Assembly (NCBI GenBank): GCA_951406725.2
Contig: CATOCA020000001.1
Coordinates: 11,780,001 to 11,844,000, forward strand
Reading direction: 5' to 3'
DNA length: 64,000 nt
DNA from: Octopus vulgaris
Taxonomy: Eukaryota
Shown: positions 12,192 to 27,156 of the stretch, in pieces
Layout: each line of letters begins with the position of its first letter
Position numbering within the stretch: the stretch's first letter is position 1
Notes under the pieces: generated by a model
Told to the model about the DNA's origin: nothing
The model's input: only the letters and a program-made list of their open reading frames with translations
Database searches by the model: none
Position numbers and translations under genes: made by a program

Positions 12192-15100
12192 GTCATTTAC
12201 TTTTAATCTGCATGTTTGATGCAATCACCTGCCGGGGCACACCCAGCGCCCTAGGGCAAGTGAAGGTTAAGAGTTGTTGAAATATAGCTGAAAGCTTGGG
12301 GAGGGGAAGTAGAGATATATCTCCATGTAATGCAAACACAAACATTTACATTGATAGGGTTTTTCTAAGGATGTGGGCAGTACTTGTTAGCACAATCTTT
12401 TGGATTTCCTTGAGACATGGTTTTCCAGGGATATTGTCTAGGTGTTTCTGACATCCCTTTTTTATCATACCTAGGGCACCTACAATAACAGGAACAGTTT
12501 TTGTTTTAAGATTCCACATCCTCTGTATTTCGATTTCCAGGTCCTTATATTTACTAAGTTTGTCAAATTCCTTGACAGATACATTTTTATCAGTGGGGAC
12601 GCTTACTTCTATTAGTCTGCAGGTATTTTCTTCCCTGTCTTTAACAATTATGTCTGGTCGATTAGCCTTGATCGTTCTGTCAGTGTTGACTGGAAAATCC
12701 CAGAGGATGGTGACATCTTTACCTTCAACAACTGGCTGAGGATGGTGTTCATACCAGTTAGCAGGAGTGTCGGATTTGTAGTGTTTACATATCTTCCAAT
12801 GTATATACTGTCCTACCCTATCGTGGCGATTTTTGTATTCGTTTGGTGTCAGCACAGGACATCCCGAAACGAGATGGTCTATCGTTTCGTCAAATGTGTC
12901 GCAGAATCTGCATTTAGGGTCAGTACCGTTTCGGAGAACGTTAGCCTGGTAATTTCTGGTAAACAAGCTTTGATCTTGTGCTGCCATTATGAAACCTTCA
13001 GTCTCTGCTTTCAATCCAGAGCTCTTCAGCCACTGATGGGTTGTTGCTTGGTCTACATCAGCATTTTGGCTTCGGAGAATATATTGTCCATGCAGGGGCT
13101 TCTGGCTCCACCGCCTCTCAATTTGATTCTGCCCGTTCTTTTTTGCAGTCTGCTTGATTCGCTTTGCTTGCTTGGTAGCAGTGGTTTCCGGCTCTTCCTC
13201 TGATTCAAGGTTAATGTCTAGTTCCCTTTCGAACTTATAAGCTTCCTTGACAATAGAATGTAGCTTTTTGCTGTTTCGTGTTCGCACACAAGTCGCAGCA
13301 TCCAGTCCTTTGTACTAGATAGGTACCTGTTCATTCCTACAGTAGAGGTCTTATAGCACAGCTCTAATTGCATCATTCCTCTCCCCCCGCTGCTTCTAGG
13401 TAGGTACAAGCGATCTACATCTGCCTTAGGGTGGTGCATGCTCTTGGATGTCAGTAACTTTCTTGTCTTCCTGTCCAAGCGTTGGAGTTCCGTAAAGTTC
13501 CAGTTAATGATGTTAAAACTGTACTGGACTACTGGAAGTGCCAGGGTGTTAATGGCCTCAATGCAATTTTTGGAGTTGAGTTCAGTCTTCAGTACAAGCC
13601 TTATTCTCCTATAGTATTCCTTTCTTATTTTTTCCTTCATAGTAGCATGATGTATACCATCTCCTTCGTTGATTCCTAGGTATTTGTAACTTTCCTGTGG
13701 GTCAAGTTCCTTGATGGTAGTGTCAATATCTAATTTAACAGAAGCTGTTTGCCTGAGCTTGCCTCTTACAAAAGTTGCTTTAGCACACTTATCAAGGCCA
13801 AAATCCATTCCAATATCATTGCTAAACTCTTTAACAGTTGTTAGCAGCCCTTCTAGCTCTTGGTCATTCCTGGCAAACAGCTTTAGGTCGTCCATATAGA
13901 AAAGATGGTTTATTAACTTACTAAAAACTTTGTACCCATATCTGGTACTATCCAATTCGTTTGAGAGTGGGATCAGTGCCATGCAAAAAAGTAATGGAGA
14001 GAGGGAGTCACCTTGAAAGATGCCTCGTTTGATGTTGATGCTGTTGGACTGGCTCATCCCATTACTATGGCTTAGAAAGAGACGTGTGTTCCACATGGTC
14101 ATGCTATTCTCTAAGAATTTTGAGACGACAGGAGAGATCTTGTATATCTCAAGGGCCTTGAGTATCCATTTATGTGGGACACTGTCATACGCTTTCCTGT
14201 AGTCTATCCATGCCATACTCAGGTTTTTGTTTTTGCTCCGGCAATTCTCTACAATCATTCTGTTTATGAGCAATTGGTCTTTGCACCCATAAGAGTTTCT
14301 TTTACAACCTTTTTGAGCTTGTGGAAGGATAGAATTTTGTTCAAGGAAAGCGTACATTCTCTCCGTTATTATGGATGTGAGGATTTTGTAGGTGGTGTTG
14401 AGACATGTTATTGGCCGGTAATTCTTTGGGTTTTTTGTGTCTTCGGTTTTAGGTAATAGGTAGGTGGTTCCTTCAGTCAGCCAAGCAGGTATTTGCTCTG
14501 GGTTCTGAATGACATCAGACAGAGATGCAGCGAGGTGTTCGTGTACCTCTGTCAAACAATTCAGCCAGAAGTTAGGGATCCGATCCAGTCCTGGGGTTTT
14601 CCATTTATGAGCCTTCCTAAGGACACACCTTAGCTCCTCTATTCCTATTGCTTCCCATTTCTGTTCTTCAAGTTCATCCAGTCTCTCTTTCTCACGTTCT
14701 ATCCAGTCAGCCTCAGCATTAAACTCTTTTTCATTGCTCCATACCTTCTTCCAGAACTCCTCCACTTCCACAATCTTAGGTGGATCTTCTATGTGTATTT
14801 TATTTTTGCCAATTTCCCTATAAAATTTCTTTGCATCTGTCTTAAAAAATTTATTTTGTCGATAAAATTTGTTTCTTTTGTCATACCATCTAAGCCGTTG
14901 AGCTTTCAACTGTATCCGTTGTTTCAACAGTTCCTTAGTTGCAGGGAGGTTTATGAGATCTTTGATTTTATATTTTTGCTTGATTTTTCTAGCTTTTCTC
15001 GGCTTCATATTCACTCCTCTAGCAAGCTCATCGAGAACTGAAACATCCGCCCGCAGAGATTCAATCTCTTTTTGTATCGCTACTTTCCACTTAGGAGGTT

Positions 15101-16390
15101 CATTGACATGCCTGGCCTTTTTCTTTGTCATCTTAATACCTAGTTGGGTAGTTACTACTTTAGCAGTGGAATAAATGAGATTATTTAAGGTTGTCAAATC
15201 ATTCCCCTTATTTCTTAAGATCTGTCCTAGGGCAACGTTATATGTCATGATTGTGTTGTTATTTCTTGTGCCATTTGAAAACTTTGGTAGTGGTTCTCTA
15301 TTAACCATGTCAGTGAGCTCAATCTTGCCGAGTTCTCTCATAATGTCCACTTTTGCTTCCATAATCTTTTCTCTATTATTCACCTCAAATTCTATGTCAT
15401 ATCTATTTTGGTTTTCTTGAGGAAGGTCTACGTTCTCCTCTTTTTTCAAATCTCTCGCCTTCGCTATTCTTTGTTTAACTTCCCCATTGGGAAGTTGATT
15501 TGCCGCTTGTACACTGGCTTCTGTGCTACTGTTACCTATTTCGTCTACATTGTTGTTGTTTTCTTTTGGTCTACCATGAGCTATTAGTGTCCTAATTTTG
15601 TCAATTTCAGCGTCAGTTAGTCTTTTGTTTTTAATTATATCTCTGCGTACATTACTTAATTTATTTGCGTCTATATATCTACGTACGTCATTGCCTACTG
15701 AATTTCTCCATGAGATGTATGTTTGTACACTGAGGTTATTGTTTGGGTTTAGTTGGGCTGTATAAAAAGCTTTCAACACATCTCTATAGTCCTCTCTGGT
15801 CCATTTTATACGTTTTGCTTTAGGTGGTGTTTTTGGTGGTGTTACTACAAGTCCAGAGTTAGAAGTATTCTGGTTCTGGTCACCTGGTAGATCGTCTTTT
15901 TGAGAGTTTGTTCCAGCAGCAAACTTTTCGACCCCAGTCTGGTTCCCTACTGGGTAACGCGGTCCTTGTTGTCCCGGGCGATGACCGATCCGGCATGATT
16001 TTTGGCTTGTTTTCATTAAATGATTGACGGCGACATCAGAGGGGTCCATTTTTTTCAGAGTCAACTTTTTGACAAGACGCCGCCTCTGTGACGGTGACGT
16101 TAGAAGAAGGGACTGTTTGTACAGGGTCAATTTTTTGACAAGATACCGCTTCCGAATTCTCCGAATTAATATATTGTTCATATCGAACTCGCATAAGACT
16201 TACAGATCGAAATTCGCCTCTATTTATTTTGGTAGTCATGTTTCCGGGCATAACTGTTCAGTGACTTTCTAAATTCAGTGACCAATTTGCTCTTTTTTGC
16301 GTTTGTTCGTGAAAAATCGCTTTGTTTTTGTTTTGTTTTCGTCCGCGTAACGTGGTTTTTCTTTCTGTGTGCACGTGTGAGCGCGTGTAA
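12192..16390 (-). mobile_element. Dong/R4-clade non-LTR retrotransposon (RT + restriction-like endonuclease), near full length; 5' limit approximate
   Basis: RT (NYRPITCL, GIFQGDSLSPLLF, LFYMDDLK); CCHC (CRFC..ETIDHLVSGC), RHD, PD..D/E..KY REL motifs; 3' end runs into (TAA)n. Confidence 0.9.
12346..16181 (-). pseudogene. Single LINE ORF (RT-ZnF-REL) with one frameshift near 13275
   Basis: ORFs 13218-16181 and 12346-13287 are contiguous halves. Confidence 0.88.
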
Positions 16391-16919
16391 GCATTATTTA
16401 TGTTTTATAATTAAAATGTGTACATGTATGCACAAGCAGTTGCATGTATACTTTACAATTAAAATGTCTACGTGTATGCATAAACAGTTGCATGTATACT
16501 TATTTAATTAATTAATTAATTAATCAATTTATGTACTTACTGTCTTTCAAGAGCTCTGATGTTCGCTTCTATTTCTTATGCATGTCACATGGAAATATTA
16601 TGCATAAAAGAAAGAAAACCATACTATATATGGCAATAATAGTTCGGACTTTTTAGTTACTTTGCCTTGAAAGAACATTTGGAAAAGATATTTTGTGGAA
16701 CCTTTCTTCCATTGCAACGATGTTGTTGGATTAAATTCGTTTTTTGGACAGAGGCTCCCAGGGAACATCCATGTTCTTAAAAGAACATTTGGAAAAGATC
16801 TTATAATTATTATTATTATTATCATTATTATTATTATTCTGTAGTCTTTTCTTTTCGCTTACTGTTTTGTGTCCCTCCACCATCCGCACAGCTTTCTCCT
16901 CCAGCTAAGACTCTCTCTC

Positions 16920-17004
<85 letters not shown>

Positions 17005-17129
17005 ATTCAGTAGTTTAATTTTTATATCGTGCTTTCACTTCATTACCGACGCAGATTCTTCTTCTTCTTCTTCTTCTTCTTCTTCTTCTTCTTCTTCTTC
17101 TTCTTCTTCTTCTTCTTCTTCTTCTTCTT

Positions 17130-17196
<67 letters not shown>

Positions 17197-17199
17197 TTT

Positions 17200-17690
17200 T
17201 TCAAATTTGCTTCCATTTCTTGCCGAGTGTCTTCCCGACTCCTAGGGCAAAGAAACTCATAGTATACATTGGTAGGCCATTAAACCAAACTCAATAGTTC
17301 GTTCATTTTTTTTTTTAAGTTAAATTAAAATACATGAGCAGCAACAGTTCTCACATCGACAATGCTCTTCTCAATACGTGTGATGTACCAGTTAAGACAA
17401 TCTTTTGCACTTCTTGCAGGGATGGTAAGCCAGGGATCATTCTCATATAATTTTCGGTTCCCTTCTTGATCATTCCTAGTGCTCCTACGATCACTGGTAT
17501 TGTAACCGCCTTGAGATGCCACATTTTCTCAATTTCAATGAGTAGGTCTTTATATTTTCTGAGCTTGTCAAACTCTTTCGCTGAGATATTATGATCACAG
17601 GGGATGCTCATGTCGATCAATAAGCAAACTTTATTGTTTTAGTCTTTCACAACAATATCTGGTTTATTGGCCTTGATGGTTGGGTCTGTA
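17200..17690 (-). mobile_element. 3' fragment of a second Dong/R4-type LINE family
   Basis: IDMSIP..N...KEFDKLRKYKDL..E; PVIVGALG; ends in (TAA)n. Confidence 0.8.
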
Positions 17691-17768
17691 TGTACTGGAA
17701 CATCATCATCACCATCATCATGAACATCATCGACATCATTATTATCTTTATTATTTTTATTATTATCA

Positions 17769-17874
<106 letters not shown>

Positions 17875-17929
17875 CATAACTCGAAACCAGTTACACCTAT
17901 ACACGTGATGTCTATTCTGCTTTACTTAC

Positions 17930-18046
17930 CAACGCAAGCTACTCCGTTCCAATCGGTCCCCACAGCGCAGCCACACATGTAGAATCCTGGAAAGTTGACG
18001 CATACCATAGTGGCCGAGCATGGGGAACCTGTGCACTCGTCAATGT
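17930..18046 (-). CDS. cbEGF exon 12 (DIDECTGSPCSATMVCVNFPGFYMCGCAVGTDWNGVACV)
   Basis: TTTCCAG acceptor, GTAAGT donor, 117 nt, six Cys; absent from the ORF track. Confidence 0.9.
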
Positions 18047-18228
18047 CTGGAAAGTAAAACAATTTTATTGCGTGAATATAATACTTATGTTTCATCATCA
18101 ATCATCCTCATCAAACTTCCTCATCAATCATCTTCATCAATCATCACCAATCATCATCATCATCATCATCATCCCCATCATCATTAACATCATCATCATC
18201 ATTATTATCTTTATTATTTTTATTATTA

Positions 18229-18277
<49 letters not shown>

Positions 18278-18369
18278 GATTATTATTATTATTATTATCA
18301 TTATTATTATTTTTATATCTTGAAACCAGTTACACCTATACGCGTGATGTTGACTATTGTTTTACTTAC

Positions 18370-18486
18370 CAATGCATGTTGTTCCGCTGAACTCGAACCC
18401 TGGATTACAGACACATGTGTAGGATCCTGGTGTGTTGGTGCATGTCCCCTGTGCCCCGCATGGGTCTGCTGTGCACTCGTCTATGT
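18370..18486 (-). CDS. cbEGF exon 11 ([39 protein letters not shown])
   Basis: AG/GT boundaries, 117 nt, D-x-D-E-C and C-x-N-x-x-G-S-Y consensus. Confidence 0.93.
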
Positions 18487-18542
18487 CTGGAAAGTAAAAC
18501 AATTTTATTGCATGGATATAATACTTATGTTTCATCATCATC

Positions 18543-18574
<32 letters not shown>

Positions 18575-18643
18575 ATCATCATTATCATCGTCATCAATCA
18601 TCTTCATCAATCATCATCATCCCCATCATCATTAACATCATCA

Positions 18644-18686
<43 letters not shown>

Positions 18687-18688
18687 CA

Positions 18689-18734
<46 letters not shown>

Positions 18735-18750
18735 CATTATTATTATTATC

Positions 18751-18792
<42 letters not shown>

Positions 18793-18898
18793 CATCTATT
18801 ATTATTATTATTATTATTATATTATTATTATTATTATTATTATTATAACTCGAAACCAGTAACACCTATACGCGTGATGTCTATTCTGCTTTACTTAC

Positions 18899-19015
18899 CA
18901 ACGCAAATGCTACCGTTCAACTCGAACCCAGGACTGCAGGCACATGTGAAGGATCCTGGTATGTTGGTGCATGTCCCCTGTGCCCCACATGGGTCTGCGG
19001 TGCACTCGTCTATGT
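18899..19015 (-). CDS. cbEGF exon 10 ([39 protein letters not shown])
   Basis: AG/GT boundaries, 117 nt. Confidence 0.92.
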
Positions 19016-19199
19016 CTGAAAAGTAAAACAATTTTATTGCATGGATATAATACTTATGTTTCACCATCATCAATCATCATCATCATCAATCATCACCATC
19101 AATAATCTTCACCAATCATCACAATCAATCATCAATCATCACAATCAATCATCACAATCAATCATCAATCATCACAATCTATCATCAATCATCACCAAA

Positions 19200-19249
<50 letters not shown>

Positions 19250-19352
19250 AGATCATCATCAATCACCAATCATCATCAATCATCAATCATCATTAATCAT
19301 CATCATCATCATTCTCATCATCCCCATCATCATCAACATCATCGACATCATC

Positions 19353-19405
<53 letters not shown>

Positions 19406-19430
19406 TATTATTACTATTTTTATCATTATT

Positions 19431-20100
19431 CAGTATTTTTATTTTTATAGCGTACTTTCACTTCACTACCGAGCGCAGCTCTGTGTGCCTTGGGTATGTG
19501 CTGTGATTTGTTGTGTGTCTTATCTAGTTCATGGATTCCTAAGTATTTGTAAGTTTCGCTTTGGTCTAATTCTTTTATTTCATTGGTTTTATATAGTTTG
19601 ATGTTGTTACTCTTAACTAGTTTTCCTCTTTTCAGGGTTACTTTGGCGCATTTTTCCAATCCAAATTTCATATCTATTTCTTTGGTAAACCCATGAACTG
19701 TCTTTAATAGTATTTCCAGCTGTTTGTCATTTGGAGCGTATAGTTTTAGGTCATCCATATATAAAAAGTGGCTGATCGTTTTGCCGTAACATTTATATCC
19801 GCATCCAGTTCTATATAGCATATCAGATAGGGGTGACAATGCCAAGCAGAAAAGGAGTGGAGAGAGCGTGACTCCCTGGAATATTCTTCTTCTAATGGGG
19901 ATGTCTTTGGTTTTCATGAGCCCCTCTTTTGTTTGGAGCTGTAGCACTGTTTGCCATTTATTCATCGTGTGCCCTATGAATTTTATGATTGTTGGTGCTA
20001 CTTTGTTAATGGCTAGTGTTTCGAGGATCCATGCGTGGGGGATGCTATCAAACGCCTTTTTGTAGTCGATCCAGCGCCTTTTTGTAGTCGATCCTACGCC

Positions 20101-20103
<3 letters not shown>
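19431..20103 (-). mobile_element. Internally deleted Dong/R4-type LINE (RT fragment fused to 3' UTR); repeated in every unit (also ~21358, 23306, 25255, 27182, 29112)
   Basis: IFQGVTLSPLLFCLAL, FLYMDDLKLY, FGLEKC, YKYLG, then joins the 3' end also seen at 36840 and 38670. Confidence 0.85.
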
Positions 20104-20151
<48 letters not shown>

Positions 20152-20152
<1 letters not shown>

Positions 20153-20686
20153 GGACTTGGAGAGCAGTGCATGCCATCAAAGTGACACTGGGGTAAAATA
20201 TCCGAAGCCCAGTATACCCATCATGATTACCCGTCTGATAAGGGTACACCAGGCACATGCATCACAACCATATTTGTTCGACATGGTGATCTCATATCAA
20301 GATAAACAGCACATGACCTTGCATGTGGGGCCCAGTTAGAATTTTCTTCAGGTCGAGTAACCCATCCCACTCGAAAGGTCCCTGAATAAGAGCTGTTTAA
20401 GGATGTTGAACGAAACACCCATGTTTCCAGAGGTGAATTATGCAAACCCCAAAGAATCCCTCTCAACAAACGGCTATGTTGCTACCCCACTACTTCTGCT
20501 CTTGATCAGAGATGCACATATCGTCAGCCACTAAGGGACATGCTCAACTGGTTAAGGTCAAACAACTGACAAGCAACTCTGTGGTATTGAGCAGAACATT
20601 TGCTGTAGACCAACTTTTATACCAAGACAAAACAAAGTACATGATAACACTTCCAATCAGTTAAGATCAGAAGACATGAGAGCCAC
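20152..20686 (-). repeat. ~535-bp non-coding interspersed repeat between ATT tracts; one per unit
   Basis: Recurs near-identically six times; sharp microsatellite boundaries; orientation tentative. Confidence 0.65.
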
Positions 20687-20705
20687 TATTATTATTATTA
20701 TTATC

Positions 20706-20750
<45 letters not shown>

Positions 20751-20853
20751 CATCTATTATTATTATTATTATTATTATATTATTATTATTATTATTATTA
20801 TAACTCGAAACCAGTAACACCTATACACGTGATGTCTATTCTGCTTTACTTAC

Positions 20854-20970
20854 CAACGCAAATTCTACCGTTCAACTCGAACCCAGGACTGCAGGCACAT
20901 GTGAAGGATCCTGGTATGTTGGTGCATGTCCCCTGTGCCCCACATGGGTCTGCGGTGCACTCGTCTATGT
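20854..20970 (-). CDS. cbEGF exon 9 (…[10 protein letters not shown])
   Basis: AG/GT boundaries, 117 nt. Confidence 0.92.
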
Positions 20971-21261
20971 CTGAAAAGTAAAACAATTTTATTGCATGGA
21001 TATAATACTTATGTTTCACCATCATCAATCATCATCATCATCAATCATCACCATCAATAATCTTCACCAATCATCACAATCAATCATCAATCATCACAAT
21101 CAATCATCAATCATCACAATCTATCATCAATCATCACCAAACATCATCATCATCATCAAGATCATCATCAATCACCAATCATCATCAATCATCAATCATC
21201 ATTAATCATCATCATCATCATTCTCATCATCCCCATCATCATCAACATCATCGACATCATC

Positions 21262-21332
<71 letters not shown>

Positions 21333-22043
21333 TATTATTACTATTTTTATCATTATTCAGTATTTTTATTTTTATAGCGTGCTTTCACTTCACTACCGAG
21401 CGCAGCTCTGTGTGCCTTGGGTATGTGCTGTGATTTGTTGTGTGTCTTATCTAGTTCATGGATTCCTAAGTATTTGTAAGTTTCGCTTTGGTCTAATTCT
21501 TTTATTTCATTGGTTTTATATAGTTTGATGTTGTTACTCTTAACTAGTTTTCCTCTTTTCAGGGTTACTTTGGCGCATTTTTCCAATCCAAATTTCATAT
21601 CTATTTCTTTGGTAAACCCATGAACTGTCTTTAATAGTATTTCCAGCTGTTTGTCATTTGGAGCGTATAGTTTTAGGTCATCCATATATAAAAAGTGGCT
21701 GATCGTTTTGCCGTAACATTTATATCCGCATCCAGTTCTATATAGCATATCAGATAGGGGTGACAATGCCAAGCAGAAAAGGAGTGGAGAGAGCGTGACT
21801 CCCTGGAATATTCTTCTTCTAATGGGGATGTCTTTGGTTTTCATGAGCCCCTCTTTTGTTTGGAGCTGTAGCACTGTTTGCCATTTATTCATCGTGTGCC
21901 CTATGAATTTTATGATTGTTGGTGCTACTTTGTTAATGGCTAGTGTTTCGAGGATCCATGCGTGGGGGATGCTATCAAACGCCTTTTTGTAGTCGATCCA
22001 GCGCCTTTTTGTAGTCGATCCTACGCCTTTATTATTATTATTA

Positions 22044-22094
<51 letters not shown>

Positions 22095-22647
22095 GGACTT
22101 GGAGAGCAGTGCATGCCATCAAAGTGACACTGGGGTAAAATATCCGAAGCCCAGTATACCCATCATGATTACCCGTCTGATAAGGGTACACCAGGCACAT
22201 GCATCACAACCATATTTGTTCGACATGGTGATCTCATATCAAGATAAACAGCACATGACCTTGCATGTGGGGCCCAGTTAGAATTTTCTTCAGGTCGAGT
22301 AACCCATCCCACTCGAAAGGTCCCTGAATAAGAGCTGTTTAAGGATGTTGAACGAAACACCCATGTTTCCAGAGGTGAATTATGCAAACCCCAAAGAATC
22401 CCTCTCAACAAACGGCTATGTTGCTACCCCACTACTTCTGCTCTTGATCAGAGATGCACATATCGTCAGCCACTAAGGGACATGCTCAACTGGTTAAGGT
22501 CAAACAACTGACAAGCAACTCTGTGGTATTGAGCAGAACATTTGCTGTAGACCAACTTTTATACCAAGACAAAACAAAGTACATGATAACACTTCCAATC
22601 AGTTAAGATCAGAAGACATGAGAGCCACTATTATTATTATTATTATC

Positions 22648-22683
<36 letters not shown>

Positions 22684-22786
22684 CATCTATTATTATTATT
22701 ATTATTATTATATTATTATTATTATTATTATTATAACTCGAAACCAGTAACACCTATACACGTGATGTCTATTCTGCTTTACTTAC

Positions 22787-22903
22787 CAACGCAAATTCTA
22801 CCGTTCAACTCGAACCCAGGACTGCAGGCACATGTGAAGGATCCTGGTATGTTGGTGCATGTCCCCTGTGCCCCACATGGGTCTGCGGTGCACTCGTCTA
22901 TGT
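22787..22903 (-). CDS. cbEGF exon 8 (…[10 protein letters not shown])
   Basis: AG/GT boundaries, 117 nt. Confidence 0.92.
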
Positions 22904-23074
22904 CTGAAAAGTAAAACAATTTTATTGCATGGATATAATACTTATGTTTCACCATCATCAATCATCATCATCATCAATCATCACCATCAATAATCTTCAC
23001 CAATCATCACAATCAATCATCAATCATCACAATCAATCATCAATCATCACAATCTATCATCAATCATCACCAAA

Positions 23075-23109
<35 letters not shown>

Positions 23110-23212
23110 AGATCATCATCAATCACCAATCATCATCAATCATCAATCATCATTAATCATCATCATCATCATTCTCATCATCCCCATCATCATCAACATC
23201 ATCGACATCATC

Positions 23213-23280
<68 letters not shown>

Positions 23281-23975
23281 TATTATTACTATTTTTATCA
23301 TTATTCAGTATTTTTATTTTTATAGCGTGCTTTCACTTCACTACCGAGCGCAGCTCTGTGTGCCTTGGGTATGTGCTGTGATTTGTTGTGTGTCTTATCT
23401 AGTTCATGGATTCCTAAGTATTTGTAAGTTTCGCTTTGGTCTAATTCTTTTATTTCATTGGTTTTATATAGTTTGATGTTGTTACTCTTAACTAGTTTTC
23501 CTCTTTTCAGGGTTACTTTGGCGCATTTTTCCAATCCAAATTTCATATCTATTTCTTTGGTAAACCCATGAACTGTCTTTAATAGTATTTCCAGCTGTTT
23601 GTCATTTGGAGCGTATAGTTTTAGGTCATCCATATATAAAAAGTGGCTGATCGTTTTGCCGTAACATTTATATCCGCATCCAGTTCTATATAGCATATCA
23701 GATAGGGGTGACAATGCCAAGCAGAAAAGGAGTGGAGAGAGCGTGACTCCCTGGAATATTCTTCTTCTAATGGGGATGTCTTTGGTTTTCATGAGCCCCT
23801 CTTTTGTTTGGAGCTGTAGCACTGTTTGCCATTTATTCATCGTGTGCCCTATGAATTTTATGATTGTTGGTGCTACTTTGTTAATGGCTAGTGTTTCGAG
23901 GATCCATGCGTGGGGGATGCTATCAAACGCCTTTTTGTAGTCGATCCAGCGCCTTTTTGTAGTCGATCCTACGCC

Positions 23976-24033
<58 letters not shown>

Positions 24034-24586
24034 GGACTTGGAGAGCAGTGCATGCCATCAAAGTGACACTGGGGTAAAATATCCGAAGCCCAGTATACCC
24101 ATCATGATTACCCGTCTGATAAGGGTACACCAGGCACATGCATCACAACCATATTTGTTCGACATGGTGATCTCATATCAAGATAAACAGCACATGACCT
24201 TGCATGTGGGGCCCAGTTAGAATTTTCTTCAGGTCGAGTAACCCATCCCACTCGAAAGGTCCCTGAATAAGAGCTGTTTAAGGATGTTGAACGAAACACC
24301 CATGTTTCCAGAGGTGAATTATGCAAACCCCAAAGAATCCCTCTCAACAAACGGCTATGTTGCTACCCCACTACTTCTGCTCTTGATCAGAGATGCACAT
24401 ATCGTCAGCCACTAAGGGACATGCTCAACTGGTTAAGGTCAAACAACTGACAAGCAACTCTGTGGTATTGAGCAGAACATTTGCTGTAGACCAACTTTTA
24501 TACCAAGACAAAACAAAGTACATGATAACACTTCCAATCAGTTAAGATCAGAAGACATGAGAGCCACTATTATTATTATTATTATC

Positions 24587-24631
<45 letters not shown>

Positions 24632-24734
24632 CATCTATTATTATTATTATTATTATTATATTATTATTATTATTATTATTATAACTCGAAACCAGTAACA
24701 CCTATACGCGTGATGTCTATTCTGCTTTACTTAC

Positions 24735-24851
24735 CAACGCAAATGCTACCGTTCAACTCGAACCCAGGACTGCAGGCACATGTGAAGGATCCTGGTATGT
24801 TGGTGCATGTCCCCTGTGCCCCACATGGGTCTGCGGTGCACTCGTCTATGT
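24735..24851 (-). CDS. cbEGF exon 7 (…[10 protein letters not shown])
   Basis: AG/GT boundaries, 117 nt. Confidence 0.92.
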
Positions 24852-25035
24852 CTGAAAAGTAAAACAATTTTATTGCATGGATATAATACTTATGTTTCAC
24901 CATCATCAATCATCATCATCATCAATCATCACCATCAATAATCTTCACCAATCATCACAATCAATCATCAATCATCACAATCAATCATCACAATCAATCA
25001 TCAATCATCACAATCTATCATCAATCATCACCAAA

Positions 25036-25073
<38 letters not shown>

Positions 25074-25176
25074 AGATCATCATCAATCACCAATCATCAT
25101 CAATCATCAATCATCATTAATCATCATCATCATCATTCTCATCATCCCCATCATCATCAACATCATCGACATCATC

Positions 25177-25229
<53 letters not shown>

Positions 25230-25924
25230 TATTATTACTATTTTTATCATTATTCAGTATTTTTATTTTTATAGCGTACTTTCACTTCACTACCGAGCGC
25301 AGCTCTGTGTGCCTTGGGTATGTGCTGTGATTTGTTGTGTGTCTTATCTAGTTCATGGATTCCTAAGTATTTGTAAGTTTCGCTTTGGTCTAATTCTTTT
25401 ATTTCATTGGTTTTATATAGTTTGATGTTGTTACTCTTAACTAGTTTTCCTCTTTTCAGGGTTACTTTGGCGCATTTTTCCAATCCAAATTTCATATCTA
25501 TTTCTTTGGTAAACCCATGAACTGTCTTTAATAGTATTTCCAGCTGTTTGTCATTTGGAGCGTATAGTTTTAGGTCATCCATATATAAAAAGTGGCTGAT
25601 CGTTTTGCCGTAACATTTATATCCGCATCCAGTTCAATATAGCATATCAGATAGGGGTGACAATGCCAAGCAGAAAAGGAGTGGAGAGAGCGTGACTCCC
25701 TGGAATATTCTTCTTCTAATGGGGATGTCTTTGGTTTTCATGAGCCCCTCTTTTGTTTGGAGCTGTAGCACTGTTTGCCATTTATTCATCGTGTGCCCTA
25801 TGAATTTTATGATTGTTGGTGCTACTTTGTTAATGGCTAGTGTTTCGAGGATCCATGCGTGGGGGATGCTATCAAACGCCTTTTTGTAGTCGATCCAGCG
25901 CCTTTTTGTAGTCGATCCTACGCC

Positions 25925-25976
<52 letters not shown>

Positions 25977-26529
25977 GGACTTGGAGAGCAGTGCATGCCA
26001 TCAAAGTGACACTGGGGTAAAATATCCGAAGCCCAGTATACCCATCATGATTACCCGTCTGATAAGGGTACACCAGGCACATGCATCACAACCATATTTG
26101 TTCGACATGGTGATCTCATATCAAGATAAACAGCACATGACCTTGCATGTGGGGCCCAGTTAGAATTTTCTTCAGGTCGAGTAACCCATCCCACTCGAAA
26201 GGTCCCTGAATAAGAGCTGTTTAAGGATGTTGAACGAAACACCCATGTTTCCAGAGGTGAATTATGCAAACCCCAAAGAATCCCTCTCAACAAACGGCTA
26301 TGTTGCTACCCCACTACTTCTGCTCTTGATCAGAGATGCACATATCGTCAGCCACTAAGGGACATGCTCAACTGGTTAAGGTCAAACAACTGACAAGCAA
26401 CTCTGTGGTATTGAGCAGAACATTTGCTGTAGACCAACTTTTATACCAAGACAAAACAAAGTACATGATAACACTTCCAATCAGTTAAGATCAGAAGACA
26501 TGAGAGCCACTATTATTATTATTATTATC

Positions 26530-26574
<45 letters not shown>

Positions 26575-26677
26575 CATCTATTATTATTATTATTATTATT
26601 ATATTATTATTATTATTATTATTATAACTCGAAACCAGTAACACCTATACACGTGATGTCTATTCTGCTTTACTTAC

Positions 26678-26794
26678 CAACGCAAATTCTACCGTTCAAC
26701 TCGAACCCAGGACTGCAGGCACATGTGAAGGATCCTGGTATGTTGGTGCATGTCCCCTGTGCCCCACATGGGTCTGCGGTGCACTCGTCTATGT
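26678..26794 (-). CDS. cbEGF exon 6 (…[10 protein letters not shown])
   Basis: AG/GT boundaries, 117 nt. Confidence 0.92.
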
Positions 26795-27085
26795 CTGAAA
26801 AGTAAAACAATTTTATTGCATGGATATAATACTTATGTTTCACCATCATCAATCATCATCATCATCAATCATCACCATCAATAATCTTCACCAATCATCA
26901 CAATCAATCATCAATCATCACAATCAATCATCAATCATCACAATCTATCATCAATCATCACCAAACATCATCATCATCATCAAGATCATCATCAATCACC
27001 AATCATCATCAATCATCAATCATCATTAATCATCATCATCATCATTCTCATCATCCCCATCATCATCAACATCATCGACATCATC

Positions 27086-27156
<71 letters not shown>

